DNA of 44,940 bases from Nemertoderma westbladi (GCA_032718475.1 JAUCBJ010002897.1:1-44940); one strand, 5' to 3'. Counted from the first letter of the stretch, positions 1-10,195 are shown. Notes: a model not told the origin generated them from the letters alone. Numbers and translations are program-made.

Positions 1-1009
1 AAATAGACAGTTTTTTGATTTCATGTATGGGACATATTGATATGGTGAGGAAGGAATTTACATGGAAACAATTATTATAAATTTTGACATTTACTTTCCA
101 ATTAAAAACAAATAATAAAATTCTCCAAACAACTCCTCCATACTCGTCCGTATTTAAATCCAGTTTATCGCCCTTCCCACTGCCAACTCCCGTCCCATTC
201 CCAACTTCCATCCCACTCTCAACTACTGTGCCAATCTCAAAACCCTTTCAACAAATCTTCAACAAAACTTTCAATAATACTGCTAAATCACCAAAAATTG
301 CCAATCTAACCGATTCAACTGGAAGAATATGAGTGGAAGTGTCAACACATCGGGTTATTGGCCCATATTTGACAATTTATTTGCCATTAAATTAATCATT
401 TATTACCGAGAGTCACGTTGTGTGGAAAAAAAACGGACCGCGTTAATTTTTTTTGTATTTCTGATATCTCCAATTTACTACGAAGCTACGTTTATTTGTT
501 CACAGGAATTATAATCAGCAGGGATATTAATCGTTTGGCACCTGAATTGTAATTTTAACGGCCAAAATAACCCCTTAATCACAATCATAATATTTTAAAA
601 ATGTCCCGTAAGTGACGATTTCTTTAAAATTCGTCGCAGCTTTTTCTATAACAAACTGTGGTTGGAGTGTATCAGCAGGAGGGGGCCGATTATTGGGTAT
701 TCGGCGATCTAATTATCAAAGCCACCCGACCATTAATTCTCGAATAATTTACATTTTTGTATATTTTTTGTCCCGTACGTAACTTGGTCAAAATGGTTGG
801 CATTGACCCATAAAACACATTTTTTGGAAACAGCATGTTAACGTTCATCATATATTTGCGACCACTTTTTGTATCTTCATTTTCTACTTTTGATAACTGT
901 CAATTCTGTAAAAAAAATCACAATTTTTAAAAAATTTAAAAAACCATGTTATTTTCACCCCCCCCCCCCCTTAATAATTATTATCGGCGCGATACATAAA
1001 GGAATCAAC

Positions 1010-1233
1010 CTGTATATCTTCCTGCCCCCTATCGGTGCGTCCATTAGGTCGGCACGTCCCCCGTGCGGGTCGTACACCCCGTACATATCCCCGGAGTTGT
1101 GCTGGTGGTATCCGGACCACGCATGCAGCTCGGACCAGTGGCGTTGTGGGTATTTGTCGCACCGCGTCTTCATCACCTCCAACCAATACATCTCGTGGGC
1201 GTCGCATCCAGCCTGTTTCCCCAACTCGAGAAC
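1010..1233 (-). CDS. Probable exon 2 of an unidentified spliced gene (VLELGKQAGCDAHEMYWLEVMKTRCDKYPQRHWSELHAWSGYH...GGRKIY)
   Basis: GC-rich open segment in an AT-rich background. The acceptor ...atacgacAG|GTT at 1234/1233 is phase 0, matching the donor of the 3661-3458 exon. A possible weak donor AG|GTTGAT lies at 1010/1009; otherwise the frame runs to the stop at 955. No family recognised. Confidence 0.55.
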
Positions 1234-2084
1234 CTGTCGTATATAAAGTTCGTATCAAGGTAATTTATTATATTATAGCCGGATAGTTTGACCTGCCGAC
1301 TTAGTGGCTGAGTTAAAATGTTTATTTACAGTTTCAAATTTTTTCACACCAATAACCAATATTGTACTAGTTAGTAGTACTGTGTTAAATCTTATATCTT
1401 TTCGTGTTATGTTGGTCAGTTGGGTCCGACGTAAAGGTAGATTTGAAAGGATTATAAATCAGCCAAACATAAGAATTTTGTAGAGAAAAAAATGGGGGAT
1501 ATCAGGATATCACACTAGAAGCAGTATATAATGGAATTAAAGCAGTAATTGAACCCTAACTCATGACGCTCTAATATAATAAAATATAAACAGGACCCGG
1601 CGCCGGCACAAATATTGAATATCCCCAGCCCGGCCAGACTTCTAGCTTAGACGTCCTACAACTGTGCCATCCCTGCCACCTCTGTACAGGTTGCGGTGGG
1701 ATGAAGCAGAGGAGCGTGTAGAGCAATCTTAGACAAATAAGTACTACCCCCCCCCCCCCCCCCGTGTTGGTGTTAAATAATCAACTCATCAACATTATTA
1801 TTGGTAATTTCTGCGTTGAATTTTTTATTAGACGTCAAACCAGCTAAAATTTACGCAATTAAAATATGAACAGTAACGATAACATAATAAAATAGTTAAC
1901 AGAACAACAAAAGTGCCAAATAGCCAATGCAAAGACCTTCAATCAGATAATGTAGTGTGAGAAAGGGATTCTATCATATCAATAGTTAATTTTGGCACCA
2001 TTAAGATGTATATTTATAAAAAATATTGAAATATGTAACTGCAAATAAAATAGTCCAATTCAAAATAGGTTAGAAATGTCTGTA

Positions 2085-2965
2085 CCGGGTGTTCCATAAT
2101 GAATGCCCCCCCCCCCCCCCTGGCCAGCCAAAACTGCCAGACATGCACCTTAGTGTAATATACCATTCGAAAGATAATTTAATTCTGAGCTTGCATGCAA
2201 AAATTTAGGGTCCAATAGAAAAGTATAACAATTTTATAGTCTATTCTTTAAACCTATCTTATTTTTCGTTATTTTTGATTTAATCACAATTAAGAAAATA
2301 TAATTTATCCAGCGTTAGTCATCAGCTTTACAGCCATGATTCCCCTTTGCAGCACGGGGAGCTCCTCGATAGTGGCAAAGGATGTTGTACCTTAAAAGGG
2401 CCGTTTTGGTTTGAGTTCAGTTTTGATTATGCCACAGAATCACGACCCTCTCTAAAAGTATCATCTCTGGTCCTGTTAACCTTACGTTTTTCTTCAGAGT
2501 CATTGAAGATGTATTACTTGTTCGTTTGAGGATAAAATAAAATATATTGAATATTGAATATGAGATTGCACTGGAACTTGTAATTTTAATTACTTCTGTT
2601 AGGCCTAATTCAGTAAAATTAATAAAGAAGCACTAATACCGGTAACTGAATACTGTAATATATTGCAATACAGCAAAAGTCAGGCAGTAATAACTGTTTA
2701 AACAGGCAGACAGGGTTGCAAATCTGATGACTAACGCTGGACAGCTGGATAAATTATATTTTTTTAAATTGCGATTAAATCAAAAATATTGAAAAGTGAG
2801 ATAGGTTTAAAGAATGGCCTATACAATTTTTATACTTTTGTATTGGACCCTAAATTTTTGCATGCAAGCTCAGAATTAAATTATCTTTCGAATGACTGAA
2901 TGATATATTGCACTAAAGTAGGCCCCTACATGTTTGGCAGTTTTGGCTGGCGAGGGGGGTGACAT
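2085..2965. mobile_element. Non-autonomous foldback/MITE with ~240-bp inverted arms, Tc1/mariner-like left end
   Basis: 2085-2325 is the reverse complement of ~2724-2965 (e.g. ttcgaaagataatttaattctgagcttgcatgcaaaaatttagggtccaat vs attggaccctaaatttttgcatgcaagctcagaattaaattatctttcgaa). The left end reads TA-CCGGGTGTTCC; the right terminus is degenerate. Confidence 0.8.
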
Positions 2966-3457
2966 ATTTTAATATGTCACTGAACTGAAAATAAGATGGG
3001 CACTGATATACGTAATTGCACGGTGACTCTAAAATATTGAATAATTAATAATATCAGTAGGCTATATGATTTGTCATAAATAATAAATAAATAGTAATTA
3101 ATAAATACAGTACTGCAGTAGGCCTAGATCTCATACAGTCATATATGTACATATAGTAGATTATAAATTATATAGAGGATAAAAATTCACATACCGGTAG
3201 GCACAAATATAATAATTATTTACACTATTACTGTCCAGCTGTCAGACTGTAGTATCAAACTGTAGAAACCATTAAGCATTTAGGCGGAAATAAAAAATAT
3301 CGAAATAGCAGTCAGGCAGTGGATTACCTATTTAAAAATACAAATATTTACCGAATAATGTTATATTGTAAAAATTACAAAAACTCAGTAGGCCTATCCT
3401 CAATCCTAACCCAGTACTGCAGTACTGCATTAGCCTACTGCAACTGCAGTAACCTAC

Positions 3458-3661
3458 CTCGTTCATTGATTTGTTTCGCCATTCCTCCACATTGATATCT
3501 GCAGCGGTAACTCCATATTTTTTCTCTGCTGGAACCAGATTTGCCTCTTCGTGAGTAGAATGCTTTATATGAGCTGTTGAGAATGGGTTGCTAGGGAAAA
3601 TAGGTCGCTGTATACTTAATGATGATTTACCAAAGCGAAATGAGAGTCTGTATAAAGCCAT
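3458..3661 (-). CDS. Probable exon 1 of the unidentified gene; N-terminus resembles a mitochondrial presequence
   Basis: ATG at 3661, 68 codons (MALYRLSFRFGKSSLSIQRPIF...WRNKSMNE), then a strong donor GAG|GTAGGT at 3458/3457. The first ~30 aa are R/K/S/L/F-rich with no acidic residues. Confidence 0.55.
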
Positions 3662-4831
3662 GTCAAATTATCGTTTCCGGCAGTCCGGTGTAGCGGTATA
3701 CGGTACCAGGGTACAGGTACACTGCTGTATAGTACTGCAGTACCTGTACGGTACCTGTCAGCCTGTACAACTTGATATTCAGCACACAGCCGCAGGTCCG
3801 TCTGTCCGTGGAATTGTAGGCAGGTAGGCCTAGCACAGTAGCATACAGTATACTGGCTCGGCTGTAATCGTATTACAGTATTCTGATATTAGGCCTACGC
3901 CTTTAGATTTTATGATCACTTACTATCTGGCAGTCAGGCAGTTTGCAGTTGTACTGCGAAATCACAACAGAAAAGCAGAAAAAATGACCAAATTCCAAGG
4001 TCCAACCCACATCAGCACAATATGATGTGATACTCTGTTGGTTGTAGGAGTAATCTGGGGGCCAATATTTTCCTTCTGGGAGTGAGATAGAGAGTGAGCG
4101 CGTATATTGGAGTGCCTTTGTGGTGTGTTTGCTTCGCTTGTTGTTGTAACTATAGTTCTCTATGTGGAGAAGCACTCAGTTGTGTTACTCTATTGTCGTA
4201 AAGGTCAAACTGGTTATAGCCAGCCCGGATGTTTGTAGGAGTAACAGTGCAGTTTATTGCTCGGTTATTAATTTACACATTTTCAGTGGATAATATTGGG
4301 TTGGATTTGTTGTATAAAACCGATATTCTGGGTTTCATTTCTTCAGTAGCCTACGGAACCCCAGCCAGCAGAAGGATGTTTTCTATTATTATTATTTTAG
4401 CGACATAGTTTGGGCAATTTATATTGCGGTTGATTATGCGTTTATTATTATGCCTTAATTATTTATATTATATTCACTATATTGTCATAATATTTTTACT
4501 GATTGTAACATCGTATTGTAAACCATGATAACCATAAGTACGTAGACCCGTGTGAAGTATACCAGACTTTCTGCCGTTATATTTCACTTTTCAGTTACCC
4601 CCATGTGAAGAATACCAGGTTTTCACCAAAAATACAGGTTAAAGAAGGGCTGAATCTAACCAAAAGAAGCGGCCCCCGATGCCACCGTGCTTCCGGCGCC
4701 CCTGTAGAATCGTGAACAAAACATACAAATATAAGAAATGGCAAATATTATCTATTATAAATTATTAAGTAATTTAAACAGGACTTAGGATGATCCAACT
4801 CTATAGCAAATGGAGCGGAAATAATGAACTC

Positions 4832-4905
4832 GCCACAAGCGGGGATTGAACCCGCGTCTTCCGATAAACGTTCAGGTATGCTAACCACTACACCACGGAG
4901 GCTCC
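4832..4905 (-). mobile_element. tRNA-derived SINE head / tRNA pseudogene
   Basis: Minus strand GGAGCCTCCGTGGTGTAGTGGTTAGCATAC...GCGGGTTCAATCCCCGC carries Pol III A and B boxes, but acceptor and anticodon stems do not pair canonically. It is flanked by the inverted 11-mer ctatagcaaat (4801) / atttgctatag (4922). Confidence 0.65.
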
Positions 4906-5072
4906 TGCATCTTTCCGATTGATTTGCTATAGGTGGTAAGCTACCTCACGGTTGCTATTGAATACAGTCCCCCTTACGGATGGATTTAATCTGTATTCTA
5001 TTGCAGTGCATCCATTATCTATTATACATCTTGTTAAATAATCCAGAATTTTATCAATAAAACAACATTATA

Positions 5073-5198
5073 TTGTGTATAATGTACCTTTATCTCACTT
5101 CGGTCCCTTGTTTCAATATTTCACTCACTCACTTCGCTTGTTCGTGAAGATATTAACACTCGGGACCGGCGTTAGATAAAGTGCTACATTATACACAA
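5073..5198. repeat. Palindromic hairpin element (~125 bp)
   Basis: ttgtgtataatgtacctttatctcacttcggtccc pairs with gggaccggcgttagataaagtgctacattatacacaa; central ctcacttcgcttgttcg loop. Confidence 0.7.
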
Positions 5199-5411
5199 CA
5201 CAATATAATAATTTTTTTTAAACTCTAAACGATGTTCTAGAACATTAATCAACTCGAAAAAATTATTATTGTAGGAAATATATATTTGTGGTTTTGCGTG
5301 CACCGTCCATGATAGTGTAATGTAACGTTACTGTCGTTACTGTAAGATCTATTACTAATGTACTAATAATACTGAGGTATTAATCATAGGCAGTTGTACA
5401 GGTACATTCTA

Positions 5412-6472
5412 CTAACTACGAACGTGAGATCTGCCAAAATAGCTAAATCTTTCTCCATTCTCCATAACAACATATCCATTGAGGTTTGTAAAAAAACGCC
5501 TCGGTGTGCCACCAACCGCTTTCCCGCTGTCTAGCTAATGACAATCTACAGTAGAATCAACATTATCTCGATCTTTTGTCGAGAACGGTCTCCCGTAAGC
5601 TCTGACCATTCCGTTCCCAATATCATAACCCACGTCACTCCATGTATCGTATTTAAACGTGTAATTTGTAGCTTCTGATCCGAACTTCACATTAGTATAA
5701 TAATGTTTTGATACTTCATAATATAGATTTATTAATCTTATGACTAGTTCGCATTTCCATCTTTTCGTTATCAGGTGAATCGCTTCCAATCCCAGCCAGT
5801 AACCATCTCCATCGACGTCAGCAAAGACATTTTTATATTCATCCCAATCTTTATTGAAATCAGAGGAATAATAGTTGCTATGTTTCTGTATTTAGAAGTT
5901 TATCATTGTGACCGCATTGCACATCTTTCTTTAAATCTCCAATGAGAATCACTTTATACTCCAGCGTGTTATATAGGTACATGGAAAGGTGTGAGTCTGA
6001 GTCGTATCCGTAATTTAGGTTGTTGAGGAGGCACCATCTGTCTCCGTTTGTGTGGTTCTTTCAGCGGCCTTGGTTGTAGAGGAGGCACCATCTGTGGTCG
6101 TTGGTGTGGTTCTTTCAGCGGCCTTGGTTGTAAAGGAGGCACCCCATCTGTCTCCGTTTGTGTGGTTCTTTCTGCGGCCTTGGTTGTAAAGGAGGCACCA
6201 TCTGTGTCTGAGACTTCTGTTACGTTTATCGGGGTAACAGTGGTGGATTCAGCTGCTCCAGGTTGTAAGAACACCATTAATAATATTACAGTTATAATAA
6301 ATGCCAGAAGAGATGTGATTATTGCGAATGAAACCTTAATCTGATGTTCCGGAGCTTTAAGGATTCTGCACAGCCAGTTTGAATGTTCCACGATGTTCTG
6401 TTGAGGTGAGATCGGAGTGTTCGCCTCAACGTTTTCTTCTTGTATTTGCGTCGGCCGCTCAACTTCGTCCAA
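5412..6472 (-). pseudogene. Type II membrane fibrinogen-related (FReD) protein pseudogene with Thr-rich stalk
   Basis: TM helix (VSFAIITSLLAFIITVILLMVFL), mucin-like stalk, then FReD motifs DFNKNWDEYKNVF, YWLGLEAIHLIT, FSTKDRDN, SGWW, TNLNG. Disablements: no ATG (TTG at 6472), 2-bp insertion at ~6143, TAA at 6017-6015, TAG at 5537-5535 and further frameshifts. Confidence 0.8.
6018..6207 (-). repeat. 54-bp coding tandem repeat (~3.5 copies) encoding TDGAS(F/S)TTKAAERTTQTE
   Basis: ggaggcaccatctgt recurs at 6027, 6081, 6135 (with 2 extra C) and 6191. Confidence 0.9.
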
Positions 6473-7199
6473 ATTTTAAAAAATTGTATTTTTTTGTTTT
6501 TTAACACTTTTTGTATAATTAACATATATCTAGTAATTTTATGTACTCAAGTAATAATTTACAATTATAGCTAGTAATTTATATCTATAGCTATAGCTAT
6601 AGTTTATAGTCTATAGTTATATCTATAGCTAGCCCTAGCTAACATTTTAAAAAATGTTTTGGAATATGCTATCGTTATTGTTAGTTGTTCTCTAATCCCA
6701 AATTTTTTTAATTAAACAATCATTTTAATAATCATTTTTAAAAGAACAAATATTCTAGAATATTTTTTTTCTCGAAAATTGATAATAAAAATGTTCTAGA
6801 ACATTTGGTACATGTTCTAGAATCTAGAACATTTAATAAATGGTCTAGATCTCTTTTCAATAGAAAAAAAGCATGCAAAATAGCATAAACAATTTTAAAA
6901 TTGAACAATTTTTTTAATAATTTTCTTTTTAAGAGTAAGTAATTGATTTTCTCGAAAATTCATAATTAAAATGTTCTAGAACATTTTTTAAAGTTCTAAA
7001 ACACTCAATATACGTTCTAGAACAATTATCAAGAGAAAAACCTGACAAAAAAGCATGAAAATTTGTTGAAAAAAAACAACGAAAATGTTGGCACATACAG
7101 AACTGTTCCCATTAATTTAATTATTTTATATATTATTTTATATTTTATTATTTTATATTAATTTCAAATTAGCTACAGTACTATAGCTGGTCGAGATCA

Positions 7200-7244
7200 C
7201 AGCATTCTTAAAAATGCAGCTGCAATGCAGCATGCCGATCCTAG
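7200..7244 (+). mobile_element. 45-bp insertion ending in hairpin + CTAG, flanked by a ~16-bp direct repeat
   Basis: Nearly identical to 24264-24308. Flanks are tagctggtcgagatca (7184-7199) and tag-tggtcgagatca (7245-7259). Confidence 0.7.
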
Positions 7245-7798
7245 TAGTGGTCGAGATCAGACAGAGATTATACATTAAAAGTTATTAACAATAAAAAAAT
7301 GCAAACGTGTATTATTTAATAAATTGGCGGAATCTTTACTTAGAATATGTTCTAGAACATGTAATTATTATAGTAACAAGTACATTTATCATAAAACAAG
7401 CAAACCTGACATATTTTAATGTTTAAGGAATAGATGGGCAATACTTGTTGTACCTGTACAGGTAATTTTTACTAAAACTTTGATATAGACAATAATTTAC
7501 AATACGGCTGGTGCACGAAAAAATTGTCGGGCTATAAACAATTGAATAAGGGGTAACAAGGTGCCCTGAATCGAATGGCGGGTTGTGATTTTGTAAAAAC
7601 ACAAGGAAACGTTCGAAATGGCGGGTTTAAGGAAACGCTGGAAAACAATTTTGAAAATCAGCTGTGATTGGCTGCTACAAATTTGATATTATTGAATTAT
7701 CATTGTGCTCTGATAATTTCTATCTTGGTTTCTATGGATAGCGAATTTCGATCATTTCAAGTACACATTAAATCTCAATCATTTCATAAGTGGCTTAT

Positions 7799-9014
7799 GG
7801 GCAATTCCACGGTGTCGGACGTTACGGACATTCTCGATTTTTGAATGCTTTTTTTTAATTTACGAAAATACTTGAATTTTTGACATCAGATTGCATTGAA
7901 TAAATGAGACAATTTATAAATCTTTCAGAATATCGCAAATACTCTGCATTGGGAAACGTTATTCTTCTTAAACAGTTGACTTTTAAAAAGGTGTCGGACG
8001 TTACAAAAATAGGACACTTTTTATTGTACATATTTTACTTTTGATTGAAATTAATACCGAAGACTGGTATGTTATTATTTTTGGGCTAAAATTGAAGCTC
8101 AACTATTCTATTTTTCGAAAAGGTTTTCTAAATTGCACTGCAGATCTTTTGAAGCCGACATTTGCAATTCAAATTTGTGCGGAATGGTGTCGGACTTTAC
8201 ATAAAAATGAGCAATATTTAGCCACCTCTGTCGGTTTTATTTTTCGTCTTTGGAATGTACTCTAGATATCATTAGAACCGCCTTCATCTGCAGATTCCGA
8301 ATCTGAAAACTCTTCCGAAATTGCCAAATATATCATCAAAATACTAAGGTGTGAATTTTGAGTCGAAAATCGCAATTATTGAAAGCTATTTTTATTTATT
8401 TATGCATTTTACACTATACACTGCAATTTAGACTTTAAATACATTAAATGATAATAGTGTCGGACGTTACAATGTGTCGGACGTTAAAACTTCATTCACT
8501 GAAATCACAGCCTTTATGGTAGCCTAGATTGCTGTAAATGGCACAAGAGATGCCATCTTACGTCGGCATTGAGTCATTTCGATATGGTTTGCCAAACAAT
8601 AGAGAAGTAATTGAGAAAAAATGTAAAACAAGTGTCGGACGTTACAATTGGGTACAGGTAGCTTTTACTGCTTATTGTATGAGAAGCGTTCTATGTTTAT
8701 GGCGTAGAACTATCTCATTGGAATGTGCATTTACGGCTGATTAAAATGATACCAAGGATAGCCTATATTGATAAACAGTAAAAAAAATATTTCGCCTTGA
8801 ATTTTGGAATTTTTTTCGTTTTTACGTGTTTTACGTTTTTTCTTGCTGATGGTCGATATAATCGCAAAATTTCCTATTTTATACACTCAAATCAATGTAA
8901 ATTTTGTCAAATTCGAAAAATTTATGAAATTTTACCCAATAAATCATGACATATTGCTTATTTTTTAAAGTTTTATTTTTTTCATATCGTGTCCCATTTT
9001 CTGTGGAAATGCCC
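7799..9014. mobile_element. Non-autonomous DNA transposon, Sola2-like (GGG...CCC ends, 4-bp TSD TTAT)
   Basis: Ends are ttat|GGGCAATTCCAC and GTGGAAATGCCC|ttat (11/12 inverted match). The internal motif gtgtcggacgtta repeats at ~7812, 7992, 8457, 8475 and 8632. Superfamily inferred only from termini and TSD length. Confidence 0.7.
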
Positions 9015-9110
9015 TTATATCAATTGAAGGCGGAGATTCTTGAGCGTCTTTTGATATTACTGTACAATTAATTAAATTTATGATGATGAACATTGAAACG
9101 AAACTGCCTT

Positions 9111-9183
9111 GGCCCCATGCGGGGTTGATACCACGACCTCCGAGAGATGTGAAATCAATGCAACCACTACACCAAGGTGGGCC
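9111..9183 (-). mobile_element. Degenerate tRNA-derived SINE head
   Basis: Minus strand TTGGTGTAGTGGTT (A box) ... GAGGTCGTGGTATCAACCCC (degenerate B box); its 3' half resembles 32615-32652. Confidence 0.55.
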
Positions 9184-9396
9184 AACCGTCAGGCCTTTGA
9201 GGGCAGACAGACCGACAGACAGTAGGACCTAACTTTTCCTTTATCTCGCCAGCTCGCCGAGGACAGTAGGCCTACAAGAACCACTAACTAGGAAGGGACA
9301 TATTAATAAATAAACAAACTATTACTAAACAATACTGATAATGAGTAAAACTAATAAACAAACTACGACGAACTGTAAACAGGAATAGGACAAGCC

Positions 9397-9476
9397 AAAA
9401 AAATAGGCCGACGTAGGGGTCGAACCCGGGAGGCCTATGTAGACGGATCAGGCGCTCTACTCAATTAGCTACCGGC
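9397..9476 (-). mobile_element. tRNA pseudogene / tRNA-derived SINE head with oligo-T terminator
   Basis: Minus strand GCCGGTAGCTAATTGAGTAGAGCG...GGGTTCGACCCC...GTCGGCC followed by TATTTTTTT; anticodon and T stems are disrupted. Confidence 0.55.
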
Positions 9477-9639
9477 ATGTGGCAGTACTTTATAAAATCA
9501 AAACATCTGAACAATGGCCAGAGCTTTAAAACTACTGCTACCACATCAGTGCAGCACACACAGAAGTAACAGAGAGCTTCGTTGTCGATAGTTTGTGGAA
9601 TACTAATATGGAAGTTCTGGAAGTCTAAGGGGATCCGGA

Positions 9640-10195
9640 TGATGACAATCTCGAAAGGTTCTACGGGACGCCATCCCAGTCACTTTGTTGGGACTGAAAC
9701 TCGCAGACCCTGTGTTTCAGTCAACACTAGCCTCGGCTGTGAAGTAACTAATGAGCCCCTGGTGTGGATCCGATCTCCACCAATATTAACTCTATGGTCT
9801 TCCTTGTGAGAGGAGCACCATGGAGGTTGACACTCTACTCTGTTCTGTTGAACAACATACAGTATAGTGTAGTACGGCGGGCAGTGGCAACATGTGGGGT
9901 TCCTGTCATCTTGAAGCGTTGTGTAGTAGATGTGACTGGAAGCGTGTCGATGGCGTCACAAAAATTGTGGCCGCACAATGACTTATGACATTTAACTGTC
10001 GTCGTTTCCCTTGTCACGAGAGTGCAGTGGCAGGCTGTGCCATGTACAGTTGAGGAGGCGGAGAACGTAAAAATCAGAAAGTACAAGAAACTGGTCAAGC
10101 GAGGCTACCTCTTCTACTCAGTGGCCTTTGAGACCTTTGGTCGACCCGGAAGTGAGACGGCTGCATTCCTAAATGAGGTCGGAAACTGCCTCCTC
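9640..10195 (+). mobile_element. Decayed 3' end of a CRE-like non-LTR retrotransposon (restriction-like endonuclease region)
   Basis: Fragments across frames: AIPSHFVGT, SLGCEV, LNNIQ..VVRRAVATCGVPVIL, DWKRVDGVT, EEAENVKIRKYKKL..GYLFYSVAFETFGRPG....AFLNEVG. These match the RH..LN/RPDG/AE..K..KY/ET.G pattern of RLE-type elements. Multiple frameshifts. Confidence 0.7.

Noticed and set aside
84-332. 82-aa Pro/Thr-rich ORF
   Set aside because: It has a TTG start and low complexity; it is more likely the antisense of the 3' UTR of the minus-strand orphan gene.
1668-1715. GC-rich hairpin (catccc...gggatg) as a possible HDV-like ribozyme; similar hairpin at 18449-18517
   Set aside because: I could not build the nested double pseudoknot or identify catalytic residues by eye.
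9397-9476. Functional tRNA genes (also 4832-4905, 9111-9183), including a possible tRNA-Sec near TRNAU1AP
   Set aside because: The cloverleaf stems do not pair, and there is no UCA anticodon arm or long variable arm; they are treated as SINE heads or pseudogenes.
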